A DNA stretch of 63,902 bases, filler included, from Octopus bimaculoides (taxonomy: Eukaryota), in the NCBI RefSeq assembly GCF_001194135.2. It is 6 parts of 6 records of this genome, joined end to end, with 100 filler letters (N's around TTAATTAATTAA, not from the genome) between each part and the next. Parts side by side here need not be neighbours in the genome. Positions count along the whole stretch, not along the records: positions 1 to 21,975 come from NC_068983.1; 5 more parts are not named here. One strand, 5' to 3'. Each line of letters opens with the position of its first letter. The first letter of the stretch is position 1. Positions 1 through 11,654 of the stretch are shown here, piece by piece. The notes beneath the pieces were generated by a model, which had not been told where the DNA came from, ran no database searches, and was given only the letters and a program-made list of their open reading frames with translations. The position numbers and the translations under genes are program-made.

Positions 1-80
1 ATTTCTTATTGCCGAACTGCTACATTATGGAGACGTAAACAAACCAATGCTGATTGCCAAGCGGTGGTGAGGGACAAACA
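1..80 (-). mobile_element. Fragment of tRNA/CORE-type SINE family A (3' half)
   Basis: GCCGAACTGCTACATTATGGAGACGTAAACAAACCAATGCTGATTGCCAAGCGGTGGTGAGGGACAAACA is the reverse complement of the 3' half of the copy at 14110-14200 and matches 58520-58590. Confidence 0.75.
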
Positions 81-224
81 ATGTACTCCAATTACCGAAC
101 CCGGTGCAATAAAAGGCAATGTTTCATTCGATAGGATTTGCAATTTCAAATATGATCCAACGCTTTAACACCTCTACCAACAAACTTCCCTTGTGTTCAT
201 TAAATATCATTGCACAAGTTGTTA

Positions 225-480
225 TTGTTGTTGTTTTGCCTTGGGTCAGCCATGAATGATTACATCTATGGTCAAAAATACTCCAATTACGGCTATCCTG
301 CTTTATTTCTTATCATTCAATCCGAATTAACCAATATGTACATTTCTTAAGGCGATATTTGGCTATCATTGACTGAGCACACTTATTGTCAAAAGTATTC
401 CTGTTATTCCTGTTACGGATATGTTTTATTTTTTTTATCAGTCAGTCCGAATTGACCAAAATGTACATTTCTTAAGGCAG
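225..480. repeat. Degenerate tandem dimer (about 120-bp period) of a short dispersed repeat
   Basis: TTATCATTCAATCCGAATTAACCAATATGTACATTTCTTAAGGC (about 310-353) recurs as TTATCAGTCAGTCCGAATTGACCAAAATGTACATTTCTTAAGGC (about 435-478). The upstream part resembles the GTTGTTTAGCCCCAGGTCAGCCCTGATC family also at 7190-7300 and 54245-54500. Confidence 0.65.
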
Positions 481-1084
481 TAAAGCATAAAATGAGTGAT
501 ATCCAGCAAGCAATTCTAGCTCCACAAGATATTTCTTTAGATGTTTTAGCTTTCATCCCTTCCAAGAAGGTCAAAATAACGTACTAGTCAAATACTAGTT
601 ATTTCTTTTAAAGCATCTTATAAAGCATGTGAATGGAGTTATATATAATCGTCGAATATGAAGTCTATGTCCTTGAAAATGTTACTGCAGCACTAACATA
701 GCTTCAGCTCAATGGCTACAACCACTGAAGGAATAATATAATTACATCTAACATAAATAAAACATTTATTCTTTTACTCTTTACAGTGTAAAGTGACATA
801 GGTCAAAGCGTCCTTCAGATCATTACAGAAGTTGACTTTATTGACATTTATAATAATGCATATATTCAGCGCCCTCAATGAATTTTGTTGATAATATGAT
901 TAATCGTTCATTTGTCTGCGAGATATAATTTAACTACACCTAAGTTATTTGCTTTAATCTGAGCATAACATCACATATACAGCCTTAAGTTATAAATGAT
1001 TGTCTCATCGTTTGATCATACATGTCTCTATTCGGGAACATTAATGTTTGTGTGAATGTTTTAGATATATATACATGCATATAC

Positions 1085-1115
<31 letters not shown>

Positions 1116-1194
1116 TGTATGTATGTATGTATGTATGTATGTATGTACGTACGTATGTGTACACGTGACAGAATAATTCATATACAAGCACAGA

Positions 1195-1339
1195 GGCACA
1201 GCCATAGCTGTGTGTTTGTAAAGCTTGCTACTCAACTATGCGATCTTGGGTTCAGTCCCACTGTATGGCACCTAGTACAAGGGTTTCATATTATAGCACC
1301 GAGGCTTGTCTGTGGATTGGTAGGTGGAAACTGAAGGAA

Positions 1340-1342
<3 letters not shown>
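1195..1342 (+). mobile_element. SINE family A, 5' half (tRNA-derived head plus CORE-like block), ending in (TA)n and a gap
   Basis: Degenerate A box (ATAGCTGTGTG), B-box-like GGTTCAGTCCC, then GCACCTAGTACAAGGG and GTGGATTGGTAGGTGGAAACTGAAGGAAGC; collinear with 13778-13920. Confidence 0.8.
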
Positions 1343-1370
<28 letters not shown>

Positions 1371-2861
1371 NNNNNNNNNNNNNNNNNNNNNNNNNNNNNN
1401 NNNNNNNNNNNNNNNNNNNNNNNNNNNNNNNNNNNNNNNNNNNNNNNNNNNNNNNNNNNNNNNNNNNNNNNNNNNNNNNNNNNNNNNNNNNNNNNNNNNN
1501 NNNNNNNNNNNNNNNNNNNNNNNNNNNNNNNNNNNNNNNNNNNNNNNNNNNNNNNNNNNNNNNNNNNNNNNNNNNNNNNNNNNNNNNNNNNNNNNNNNNN
1601 NNNNNNNNNNNNNNNNNNNNNNNNNNNNNNNNNNNNNNNNNNNNNNNNNNNNNNNNNNNNNNNNNNNNNNNNNNNNNNNNNNNNNNNNNNNNNNNNNNNN
1701 NNNNNNNNNNNNNNNNNNNNNNNNNNNNNNNNNNNNNNNNNNNNNNNNNNNNNNNNNNNNNNNNNNNNNNNNNNNNNNNNNNNNNNNNNNNNNNNNNNNN
1801 NNNNNNNNNNNNNNNNNNNNNNNNNNNNNNNNNNNNNNNNNNNNNNNNNNNNNNNNNNNNNNNNNNNNNNNNNNNNNNNNNNNNNNNNNNNNNNNNNNNN
1901 NNNNNNNNNNNNNNNNNNNNNNNNNNNNNNNNNNNNNNNNNNNNNNNNNNNNNNNNNNNNNNTATATATATACATACATGTATGTATGTATGTATGTATG
2001 TATTGACTTCCTTCAGTTCCATCTTTGGTCGGCTCGGGACTAACGTCAAATATACAGCTTTAAGTTATAAATGATTGCACAGATTTATGTGTTTGTGTAC
2101 TCTTGTCTAGTGTAGACATCTCATAATCATTGTAAATGAGAATCATCGTCAAGTAGCGAAGCTGTACATTTCGTTCAATCATGATACATATATGCATACA
2201 CAAACAAATATAAATACATGGATTATTGTGCATATACATAAAAAAGACATGTGGGCTCTGTAAGAGAAAAAAACGGACAGATCAAATGAGAGGGCGAGCA
2301 TCGCTTATCAGTTGACGGTATTATCTAATACTCTATGCATCCCACAGAACGACTGTCGAAACAGAAATTATATGTATATATATCTTTTCATTGGTTAAAC
2401 TTAGATATCAAGTTACTTCACATATTCTATGAGAATCGCAAACAATTTCACAGCTAGTTAACCCTCAAAAGCTAGGCCACGCCCAACAAAGTCTAACATA
2501 ATGTAATATCATACAGAAATTGTTTTATATTTATAATTTAACAATTCCCGAATATGAATAGCAATTAATTAATAATATAATTGGCTAAGATTTTTTTAGA
2601 ATGAATCATCCACTAGTGTCTCCGTCAAAACGATTAGTTTTATTTATTACAGAGAATGGTTTCCACATCGATTTCGCAAGTGTTGAATATTCCTCTCTGA
2701 CACGTGTGACCTTGACGTATTTGTGATGCAAAATCGGTGTGACACAACTACGACAAGGTTAGGCTTTCAAGTTAACCCAAGTTGACCGCACAAATTTTGA
2801 GATAACTCCAAGCAATGACAAATATACTCGTCGAAGGTGTCACGCATACATACACATATAC

Positions 2862-2895
<34 letters not shown>

Positions 2896-2898
<3 letters not shown>

Positions 2899-4465
2899 TC
2901 GTCCTCAAGATTATTCATACCCTTGTTCATTTTTGTTATTTTTAATTTTTATGATGATATGAATGCATTTTGTCAAGTTTGTTTATGAATTATATGACAA
3001 GCAAGTGAAAGAATAACAACAATACGCAATTCAAGAAATTCTTCATTTCAGGGGTAATTTATTCATGGATTTTCAAAAAAGGCCATTTTCAAAATTATTC
3101 ACACCCTAGTTTTACTGAGCCCAATATATTTCTTTAATAGTCGATAGCACAGCCTTTTTTTTAATGACTGCTTCTAGACGATTCTTGTACGTGTCCAGAA
3201 GTTTCCTGCATGTCTTCTGTATGATGTTGGCCCACTCTTTCTTGGCGAAAGCTTCGAGCTGAGTCAGGTTTGACTGTTTCCTAGCCAACACTGGTCTACA
3301 AGTCTCGACACCAGTTCTCGATCGGATTCCAGTCAGGACTCTGACTCGGCCATTCTAGGACGTTGACATCATTATCCTGAAACCATTTCTTCACTATCTT
3401 GGTGGTATGTTTCTGATCATTGTTCTGCTGGTATTTCCAGTTGTGGCCGAGTTGGAGTTACTCAGCAGATTCCTTCACGTTTTCATCAAGGATCCTGATG
3501 TAATCCTCTTTTCTCATACATTTGACCTTGACAAGGTTCCCGGTGCCATTGGAAGAGAAGCATCTCCATAGCATTGTTTTCACCACCATGCTTGATGGTG
3601 AGTACAGTGTTCTTCGGCTTGTATGCTTCTCCTTTCTTCCTCCAGACGTATTCAGCATCCATATGGCCAAATAACTCCAACTTCATCTCATCAGACCACA
3701 GGATGGTTGACCAAAGGCTGGGCTCTTGCTCCAGATGGTCTCTAGCAAAAGCCTGGTGAGCATCCGGATTTTTCTTCCTCATCAGCGGCGTCTTCCGAGG
3801 CCTACTTCCATGGAAACCTCCTCTGTACAAAACTCGCTCAATGGTGGACCATGACACCTTCGTCCTTGCTTGGTCAAACATTTTAATTAGGGCTTTGGTT
3901 GTGGTCCGGAAGTTGTTGTTGACCTCTCAGCAGATTTTCCTGGTAAGATTGGGAGACACCTTACGCTTCCTGCTACGTCCACCGAGGTTTTTAACAGTGT
4001 TGAACCTCTTGGGCTTGTTGATTATGATCTGGACGGTTACCACAGGGACATCATACTGTTTTGAAATGGCCTTATAACCCTTTCCTTCACTTTGAGCACG
4101 CATAAGACGTTGATGTATGTCCTCACTGAACTCCTTCTTGGCCATGATGATCAGACACTGAGAATGACCAGAAGACTTTTCCTCTATTTATACTCTTCTG
4201 GAAATATCTATAGGACAAAGATTAGCATATCCACAGGAAGTAAAAACAGTGGGGTTTGAATAATTCTGAACATGTGCAAAAACGAACTTTAGGCTATATC
4301 TACTATTATGCAAATGACATTTAACGAACTCATATGTGGATTTGTGCGTAGCAACAAGTAAACAAAAGATACACAGGAAGTACCAACAGAATAGCTTTTA
4401 CAAATGAAGAACCTAAAAAAAGAATGTTAGTTTCCACGGGGTGTATAATCGATCATACATGTTCA
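2896..4465 (-). mobile_element. Tc1-family DNA transposon with IR/DR-type ends (Sleeping Beauty-like architecture), defective; right boundary approximate
   Basis: Starts TA|CAGTC after a (TA)n tract. An 18-bp DR occurs at 2906-2923 (CAAGATTATTCATACCCT) and 3090-3107 (CAAAATTATTCACACCCT), with an inverted copy at 4251-4268. A degenerate outer copy may lie at about 4438-4460, at matching spacing. Confidence 0.85.
3135..4145 (-). pseudogene. Tc1 DD34E transposase, frameshifted, second catalytic D changed to N
   Basis: N-terminus MAKKEFSEDIHQRL...GKGYKAISKQYDVPVVTVQII (paired-like HTH) and GRSRKRK hook; ILWSDEMK; QQNNDQKH..34 aa..WPSQSPDWNPIENW; ends GCAIDY*. Split over at least three frames. 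Confidence 0.92.
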
Positions 4466-4597
4466 ATGCACAAGCATCGCATGTTTGCCGACAGGCTGCG
4501 AAATAGCGCGGTGAGGACACCTCCCACAAAGCGCCATGTGTTAAAACCCCTGAAAGTCATAGACAAGCGAGACGACTCGCTCCATGTATATAGTCGT

Positions 4598-4705
4598 GGG
4601 TCTAGTCGATTACATCAACCCCAGTGGATGAAAGGCAAAGAGTCGGAAGAAATGACACTTAGCATTTTATCTGGCGCCCTAACGAATCTGTCAGCTCGCT
4701 ACTTT
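4598..4705 (-). mobile_element. Internally deleted Nin-domain SINE (family B) fragment
   Basis: GTCGATTACATCAACCCCAGT, GGATGAAAGGCAAAG and CTTAGCATTTTATCTGGCGCCCTAACGAATCTGTCAGCTCGC match the reverse complement of the intact copy at 20436-20679. Confidence 0.7.
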
Positions 4706-5166
4706 AATGATGATGATGATGATGATGATTTCAAACAGACACAAATCAAGAAATTTAACAGGTGGATGAGAGTTAGACCGACTAAGCGCAACTAAGAATT
4801 AAGCTGGTAGGTATTTTATTGATTTCGCTGGCAGTTACCATTTTCCCACCTGCATCAAGTAAATTTTATAGAAGATTTCAGTATTCCTGTATGCGAAGAT
4901 GTACGCTCACACACGCGCGCGCGCGAGCGTGCACATAAATCTAATCTATTATCGTTTTCAATAATAATATATAATAAGTAGGATCAGCCGTAAAGATATC
5001 CTTAGAACCTTTCTCAGAAGTAATTTAATCTGTTGATGTTCAGTCAAAGTAACCTCATTAATTAAAGGGGTGTCAACAAATGCTATTATGCCTTGGGGAT
5101 ACAATTGGCCGGCATCCTACACACAATTGTGTGCATTAAGTCTGTCTGCCTGTCTGTTTGTATGTA

Positions 5167-6347
5167 TTGGGTTTGCAACTAAGTTCCCACCGTTTTTTTT
5201 AAATTTTAGAATTTATTGCGTTTTTAAATTTTGGAATCTATTTTTTTCGAGAATTCTATTTTTGAATCATTTCGGATTTTTTTTTTTTTATATATAGTTA
5301 ATTTTAGTTAAGTTTTGTTTATTTTTTGATCATTCAAATGGAATGTCAAGTTAAGAAAAACGAGCATTTTCGACACCTCCTGTTTGCTTTTAATTAAGGT
5401 TCTAAAGCCGCAAAAGATGCTCGCGACATTTGTGCTGTGTCTGGAGAGGGTGCCATAGCTGAAAGAACCGCTCGTGATTGGTATGTCAAGTTAAAAAAAT
5501 GGAAATTTTGACCCCAAGGACGCACCTCGTTCTGGCTGTCCAGTTGAGTTCGATGAAGAGAGATTAAACCAGCTTTTGCACGAAAATTCTCGTCAAACGA
5601 CAAGGAAACTGGCAGAAAAAGTGGAATGTTCCCACACTCCTAAAGAGAAGCATCTTCACTCGATGGGAAAGGTTCAGAAGTATGGAGCATGGGTCCCGCA
5701 TGCTTTAAATGACAACAATAAAAATCAACGAGCCACAATCTCCACTGGTTTGCTTGCTCATCACCGCTCAACTCATGGACGCAAGAAACGATCTCTTTAC
5801 CGAATCGTTACTGGCGACGAAAAATGGTGCCTCTACATCAATATGAAGCAACGTAAGGAATCACTTAGCCTCAGTAAACAAGCGACACCGCGCGTGAAAC
5901 AAGATCTTCATCCGCGTAAAACGATGTTGTGCGTATGGTGGGACTGGGAAGGGATTATCCGTTACGAATTGCTTGAATGGAACCAAACGGTCAACGCGGA
6001 ACTCTGTGTTCAAAAGATGGAACGACTCAACACGACTATACAAGAGAAAAGCCCTAATCGGCAGCATGGAGTTCTTCAGCTGCACGACAATGCCCGCCCT
6101 CATATCGCCAATATCACCAAGGAAGCCATTCAAATGCATGGCTGGGAAGTGCTGCCACGCCCACCGTACTCTCCTGATTTGGCATCAACGGATTTCCACC
6201 TCTTTCGATCTCTTTCAGATGCTATGCGCGGAGTTTCGTTCAATACTGATACAGAATCGAGAGTTTGGTTGGATCAATTTTTCAAGTCGAAATCGGGTGA
6301 TTTCTACCAACGAGGTTTTGAAAATCTCGTTGAACGTTGGATGGAAG
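5167..6347 (+). mobile_element. mariner DNA transposon, 3'-truncated
   Basis: TA followed by a mariner-type TIR (TTGGGTTTGCAACTAAGTTCCCACCGTTTT) at 5167. The transposase follows; the 3' TIR is absent and replaced by an unrelated repeat at about 6348. Confidence 0.9.
5338..6347 (+). pseudogene. mariner DD34D transposase; early stop and frameshift, catalytic domain still open
   Basis: MECQVKKNEHFRHLL..*GSKAAKDARDICAV..RSGCPVEFDEERL; WVPHAL; IVTGDEKW; HDNARPH..34 aa..PPYSPDLASTDFHLF. All three catalytic Asp are retained in the 5576-6361 frame. Confidence 0.93.
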
Positions 6348-6884
6348 CCCGTCATGACTGACTGAAGAGGCAATTGGCTGCGAATGATCCGTGTATCTTG
6401 TTTTGCCCTTTTTTTCCGCATGTTGTGTTTTCCTGTTCTACCTTTGATTTATATATANNNNNNNNNNNNNNNNNNNNNNNNNNNNNNNNNNNNNNNNNNN
6501 NNNNNNNNNNNNNNNNNNNNNNNNNNNNNNNNNNNNNNNNNNNNNNNNNNNNNNNNNNNNNNNNNNNNNNNNNNNNTATATATATGCATGTATGTATGTA
6601 TGTATGTATGTACGATTTCTTTACTTGTTTTCACCATGATGGAGTTCCGCCTTGAAGTATTTCAGTCAGCCAAATTGCCGCCCTTGGTTATTTAGCTTCA
6701 TATCTGTTACTTATTCATCAGTCATTCTTAGCTAAACACTTAGGTTTGAGGAGCATAAACAATTTTGAAGTTGAGGAACACAAAAACAAGCACGCACACA
6801 CGTACATATATTAATGTAATTTTATGTCACGTTACATACAAAAATTATATGACATTGAACAGAAGAATTGCTGAAGGGAGAGAC

Positions 6885-6891
6885 AGGGGAG

Positions 6892-6954
<63 letters not shown>

Positions 6955-7047
6955 GGGAGAGAGATGGGGAGAGAAAGAAAGAAGGTGATAGACAGAGGAA
7001 GACAGACAAACAGACAGACACACACACACACACACACACACACACTT
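6885..7047. repeat. Compound (GA)n / (GACA)n / (CA)n microsatellite
   Basis: Directly visible. Confidence 0.95.
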
Positions 7048-7324
7048 TACTGTTTTATTCTAAGATGTGATTTAAATGAAATGTTCAGTGTCTTCCCTTA
7101 TAATATAATCTCCACTAATATACCTTCAGGTACAATAATCAAATTATGGTATAAAGATTCAATGCTTAAATCGTATCAGAAGGAGGTTTCTGCTGATGCT
7201 GTTGCTGCAGCTGTATTGCCCCCGGCTTAGCTCCGATTGAACAGAATTATGACACACATCTCGTAAGCCGAATGTCTACATGAGACACACGTCCGTTTTT
7301 ACGAATTATATTTATTGTGACCTT

Positions 7325-7540
7325 AAGCGGAGAGCTGGCAGAATCATTAGCATGCCGGGCAAAATGCTTGTTGGCATTTCGTCCGTCTGTACGTTCTGAG
7401 TTCAAATCCGGACGATGTTGATTTTGCTTTCATCCCTTTCGTGGTTGATAAAATAAGTACTAGTTGGGTGCTGGAGCTGATAAAATCGACTAGACTCCTT
7501 CCTCGAAATTTCAGTTGTGTCTCTAATAGAAAGTATATTT
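7325..7540 (+). mobile_element. tRNA-derived SINE family B with Nin-like central domain
   Basis: A-box-like GAGCTGGCAGAA, B box GAGTTCAAATC, central GCTTTCATCCCTTTCGTGGTTGATAAAATAAGTACTAG resembling the Nin-domain consensus CCTTTCATCCTTCCGAGGTCGATAAAATGAGTACCAG. Confidence 0.8.
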
Positions 7541-7944
7541 CCTCTATGACAATACCAGCTTCTGTACTATTACATTATGGTAATATCGTATTATACCGAA
7601 GAATTCGTTTATTAATTTGTCCAGAATTTTAATCCACTTTTAAGACAGCTGTGCCATGAAGAATTCGAAGGCGAATGGGCTGAAATTGTAGTAAGAATGT
7701 TGTATTGCTTATATTCTCCTCTCAACTAATTCATTCATCATTCCTACTTAATAATAAAATATTGTCGACCTTACATAGATTTGATTTAATTAACGGCATC
7801 AGTGATTCATTTAAGATAGATGGATTACTGAAAGTTGCAATGGTTGGTATGTGTGTCTAGAAGCGTAAACTGAAGCTTTATTCACCAATGACCTTCTCCG
7901 CTGACGCTAAGCGCTGGCACATACATGCATAATAAACATACGTA

Positions 7945-8040
7945 CATACATACACGTTTTACTTGTTTCAGTCATTGGACTGTGGTCATGCTGGAGCACC
8001 GCCTTGAAGGAGCGAAGAAATCGACACCAGTTATGAACGT
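7945..8040 (-). mobile_element. SINE family A 3' end fragment
   Basis: TTTTACTTGTTTCAGTCATTGGACTGTGGTCATGCTGGAGCACCGCCTTGAAGG is the reverse complement of the tail at 14265-14320. Confidence 0.8.
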
Positions 8041-8060
8041 GTGTTTATGCATATGATATA

Positions 8061-8700
8061 CTAGACTACCCGTGACACGTTGGGTCACCGGGAAACTCTG
8101 AGTTTCCCTCTTGTTTCGTAGGGGGGGGGTCCAGGTTATTTCGCATGCTTTCAACGAATGTGACATCGAAATCACGCGTAAACGGCTCCTTTCCCCAGAA
8201 AAAGAAAGATTTGGCTGCTATTTTGGGCCCTTTATCGCAAATAGCTGTTACGTGGTAGCAGGGCGTGCTAGAAATAGCAGCCAAATCTTTTGAGGTGAGA
8301 TGCGTTGAATGCACTCGAAAAATACTTATAAAAGAAAAACTATTTCAAACCGAGGTTTCGAAAAGGGTCTTTTATGAAATATTTACCGTATTTTTTAAGC
8401 CATTTTCAGTTTAAAATATTTTTTAAATATGCAAGAAAGAATTTTTGTAATGGTATTCTCTTGAAAATAATTTTTAAAAAAACATTAAAATACTGCCTGT
8501 TCAAAAAAGGCTAAAATATAAATACTTATTGTGCAAACAGCTTACATTTTTGAAATCGCATTCACTTAAAAATATTTCTAAATGATTAAAATACTGTGTT
8601 TAATAAAAGCGAAAATAGAAACATTTACTGTAAAAAATTCATGTTTTCGTTAGTAAGTCTAATAGAAAGATAAGAGTTTCTTCCCTTTCAGGAAGAAGAT
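8061..8700 (-). mobile_element. Helitron-type 3' terminus (hairpin plus CTAG|T) and adjacent non-autonomous body; right boundary uncertain
   Basis: Minus strand reads CCCGGTGACCCAACGTGTCACGGG-TAGT-CTAG|T: a GC-rich hairpin just upstream of a CTRR end followed by T, the canonical Helitron 3' signature. Confidence 0.6.
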
Positions 8701-9058
8701 TATTTTCTGAATATTGTCCCATTATGCACCGTTTGGGGTATTTTTGCCCGTAAACCTCTATCTTTAAATCTAACTGTCCGATTTACGTGAAACTTGTTTT
8801 ATTTCACTTGTATTAGCATTTCAGGGTAAACTTAATTCATTGTTGTATCTAGGGAGAGTCATTCTCTTTTAGTGCCTTATCTACTTACGTATTTTTCCTA
8901 AAATATTCGTAGCTTCAACACACGAACTCACATAAAGAATCTTGCAAACCAAATCCAAAAGTGAAATTAATTCATAGTATGCGCCAGCTTGGCTGGGTAA
9001 CATTGCAAGCAAGCAAGCAAGATCCAAACTGACGTTTAATGTATTATATATATACATG

Positions 9059-9117
<59 letters not shown>

Positions 9118-9233
9118 NNNNNNNNNNNNNNNNNNNNNNNNNNNNNNNNNNNNNNNNNNNNNNNNNNNNNNNNNNNNNNNNNNNNNNNNNNNNNNNNNNN
9201 NNNNNNNNNNNNNNNNNNNNNNNNNNNNNNNNN

Positions 9234-9274
<41 letters not shown>

Positions 9275-9369
9275 GTTATGTACATATATATATATATATA
9301 TATGTCGATATGCACATACCTGTACGTATATATGCATATACTCATTTACTGTTTGTTTTTACATGACCG

Positions 9370-9989
9370 AACGCAGCGTCTACAATTTGTAAATAGTTAT
9401 CGTAACTTTATATTTTCCGACGCTACTCTATCTCTTCCTCTATCATTTTCCCCTCTCGTTCTTCCTCTTTACTACTACGTATCTCGCTTTACCCCTCTCG
9501 TTCTTCCTCTGTTACTACTACGTATCTCTTTTTCCCTCCTCGTACTTCTTCTCTTTCTCTTTTCCTCTCGTTGCTCACCTAGTCTTCTACTTCATCCCTT
9601 TGTTTCTCCCTCTACCACTCTCTCTCTTCCCCTTACACCGGCATGGTCACATGCTTCCGGTCAATAATCCTTTTCTTCCTTGGCTATCGCCGAGCAAACA
9701 CGCGAACTCACTTCGTCCCCACTTTCAAGTTCGTGCCTCACAGCGTTCATACACACATAATTTTTCCCGTCTGGCCGTAAAGCCTTTTCTGTTTGTTTTC
9801 CTGTCTTGTTTTTTGTCCGCCACTACATTCCTCCATGGCCAGGTTTAATTTGTGTATACAAATTTAATTTGCGGTCCATGGGAAGAGCCGTTTTAACGAT
9901 GCGTCCTACCCAGCTCTTCGAAACGCCGGTGTTAAAACGGGGGTAGCTGATGAAGAAGAATGTTCTCTATGTGGCTTGTGTGTTTTCTC
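9370..9989 (+). mobile_element. Probable Penelope-like element 3'/terminal-repeat remnant with hammerhead-like half motifs
   Basis: Pyrimidine-rich tract, then GAAGAGC..GCTCTTC-GAAAC-GCC (9884-9927) and CTGATGAAGAAG..TTTTCTC running into a gap; same style as 42660-42960 and 50590-50860. Confidence 0.45.
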
Positions 9990-10013
9990 NNNNNNNNNNN
10001 NNNNNNNNNNNNN

Positions 10014-10058
<45 letters not shown>

Positions 10059-10158
10059 TCAAAGTAAACTCTGTAATCGTTACCAATATAGCATAAGATT
10101 TCACCTCAAAGGATCATTGATTAGATTCCTTAAGGATCGTTTTCATTGTTTATATTAC

Positions 10159-10513
10159 CAAAGTTACAAATTTATACATTTGAAAAACAGAAATTCAACA
10201 CCGGAGATTTATCCATTGTTTTTCATTCAATGTAAACATTTCTATGTTTAACTGTATTCAACCATCAATAAGTTAAATATATTAATCGTCTCACACGTCA
10301 TCAGGAATGATTTTCATTAGAACAAAAAAACAAAAAAGAACATAATGAATCGATCGAACAAATCAAATTTTTGACGTGTGAGACGATTAATATATTTAAC
10401 TTATTGATGGTTGAATATAGTCAAACACAGAAATGTTTACATTGAATGAAAAATAATGGGTAAATCTCCGGTGTTGAATTTCTCTTTTTTAAATATATAA
10501 ATTTGAAACTTTG
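10159..10513. mobile_element. Fold-back MITE-like element with about 142-bp inverted arms, TA-rich flanks
   Basis: 10159-10300 is the reverse complement of 10372-10513 with few, mostly transition, mismatches; 71-bp spacer. Confidence 0.85.
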
Positions 10514-11654
10514 TATATATATATATATATATGTTTATACATTCAAAAATAGATAAATTTGTATATATACGCATCTATCCATTTATATTATTTATGGGGC
10601 TGTACATGTGTGTATGTGAATGCATGCGCGCGCGCGTGTGTGTATACATGTGTATTGTTTTCTGATCTCAGGGAGGCAGGAAAATCTGTGATTTAACATT
10701 AGTGCCTACTTCTTCACAGCTTACGGATTACATATGCCACTAATATATTATAGTACACATTTCTATAGATCATAGACTTTTAAAAATTAGAATACACTCC
10801 AGTAGAACTCCACTATAAACACTTGTATGTATACAAACAGGGCATCATAGGAAAGGCCCTTAACCTATTGAAGCAGAGGGCTATCGCCGAAAATTGCGTT
10901 TTCAAACCAAGTTGATGAAGTCCATTCCCTGTCATAGATGGAGTTGAACACTACCCTTACCAGATCAAATAGAAGTTGTCATTTGAAACATTAATGTTTT
11001 TAATCTAGCATTCTTTACTATTACTGCACTGGAAGTCAAAAATTAAATTTTAAAAAACTGGGTTAATTCAAACTATAGATTATTTAACGCATATGCAATT
11101 ATAAAATATAACAAGATTATGTTCTTGCAGGGAGAACTCTTCCACTTACTTTATAAAATTGCAGCGTTGCTTATAGTTTTACCTAATTCCATTTGACTCA
11201 CTTCTCTTTGCTAAGGCGCCCACCTTTGAGCAAGGTATAATATACTCCAATCGTGGCTATCCCATCTTATTTTTCTATATAGTATACCTAGTATTATATT
11301 AATCAATTTCACCTTGATATGTTCGAGATAATGTGATTTAAGGGAGATTTGGCTTGTAATTCTAACTGGTGGAGTGACCAGACAGAGACTGTCTCGCTGT
11401 TTGGTTTCCCATAGACTGACTGATGGGTATTGGTTTAATGAGTCACGCCGTTTCCTTTCACGCGTGTTGTGAAGTTAGAACAGTGACCGTATACTGGCTC
11501 AGTGGGGGGTGATGTGTGAGGTCAGATCGACCTTAGTACTGGATAGATAACAACTAAATACTATAAACCCTATTTTGGGTTGACGGAACGTGTGTGTCCG
11601 TGTAAAGTATGTATATCGATACAGCTCTATATTTAAAAGACGAGGAATTATGTA

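Noticed and set aside
783-900. Exon after the strong acceptor TTTTACTCTTTACAG
   Set aside because: All three frames stop within five codons and no donor site was found.
4424-4795. 123-aa ORF as a host gene
   Set aside because: It runs through the Tc1 boundary, a SINE fragment and a (GAT)n tract, and has no recognisable motif.
6358-6395. CTGAAGA-G-GCA..TGC-GAAT as a hammerhead
   Set aside because: GAAA and stem III are broken and no stem I partner was found.
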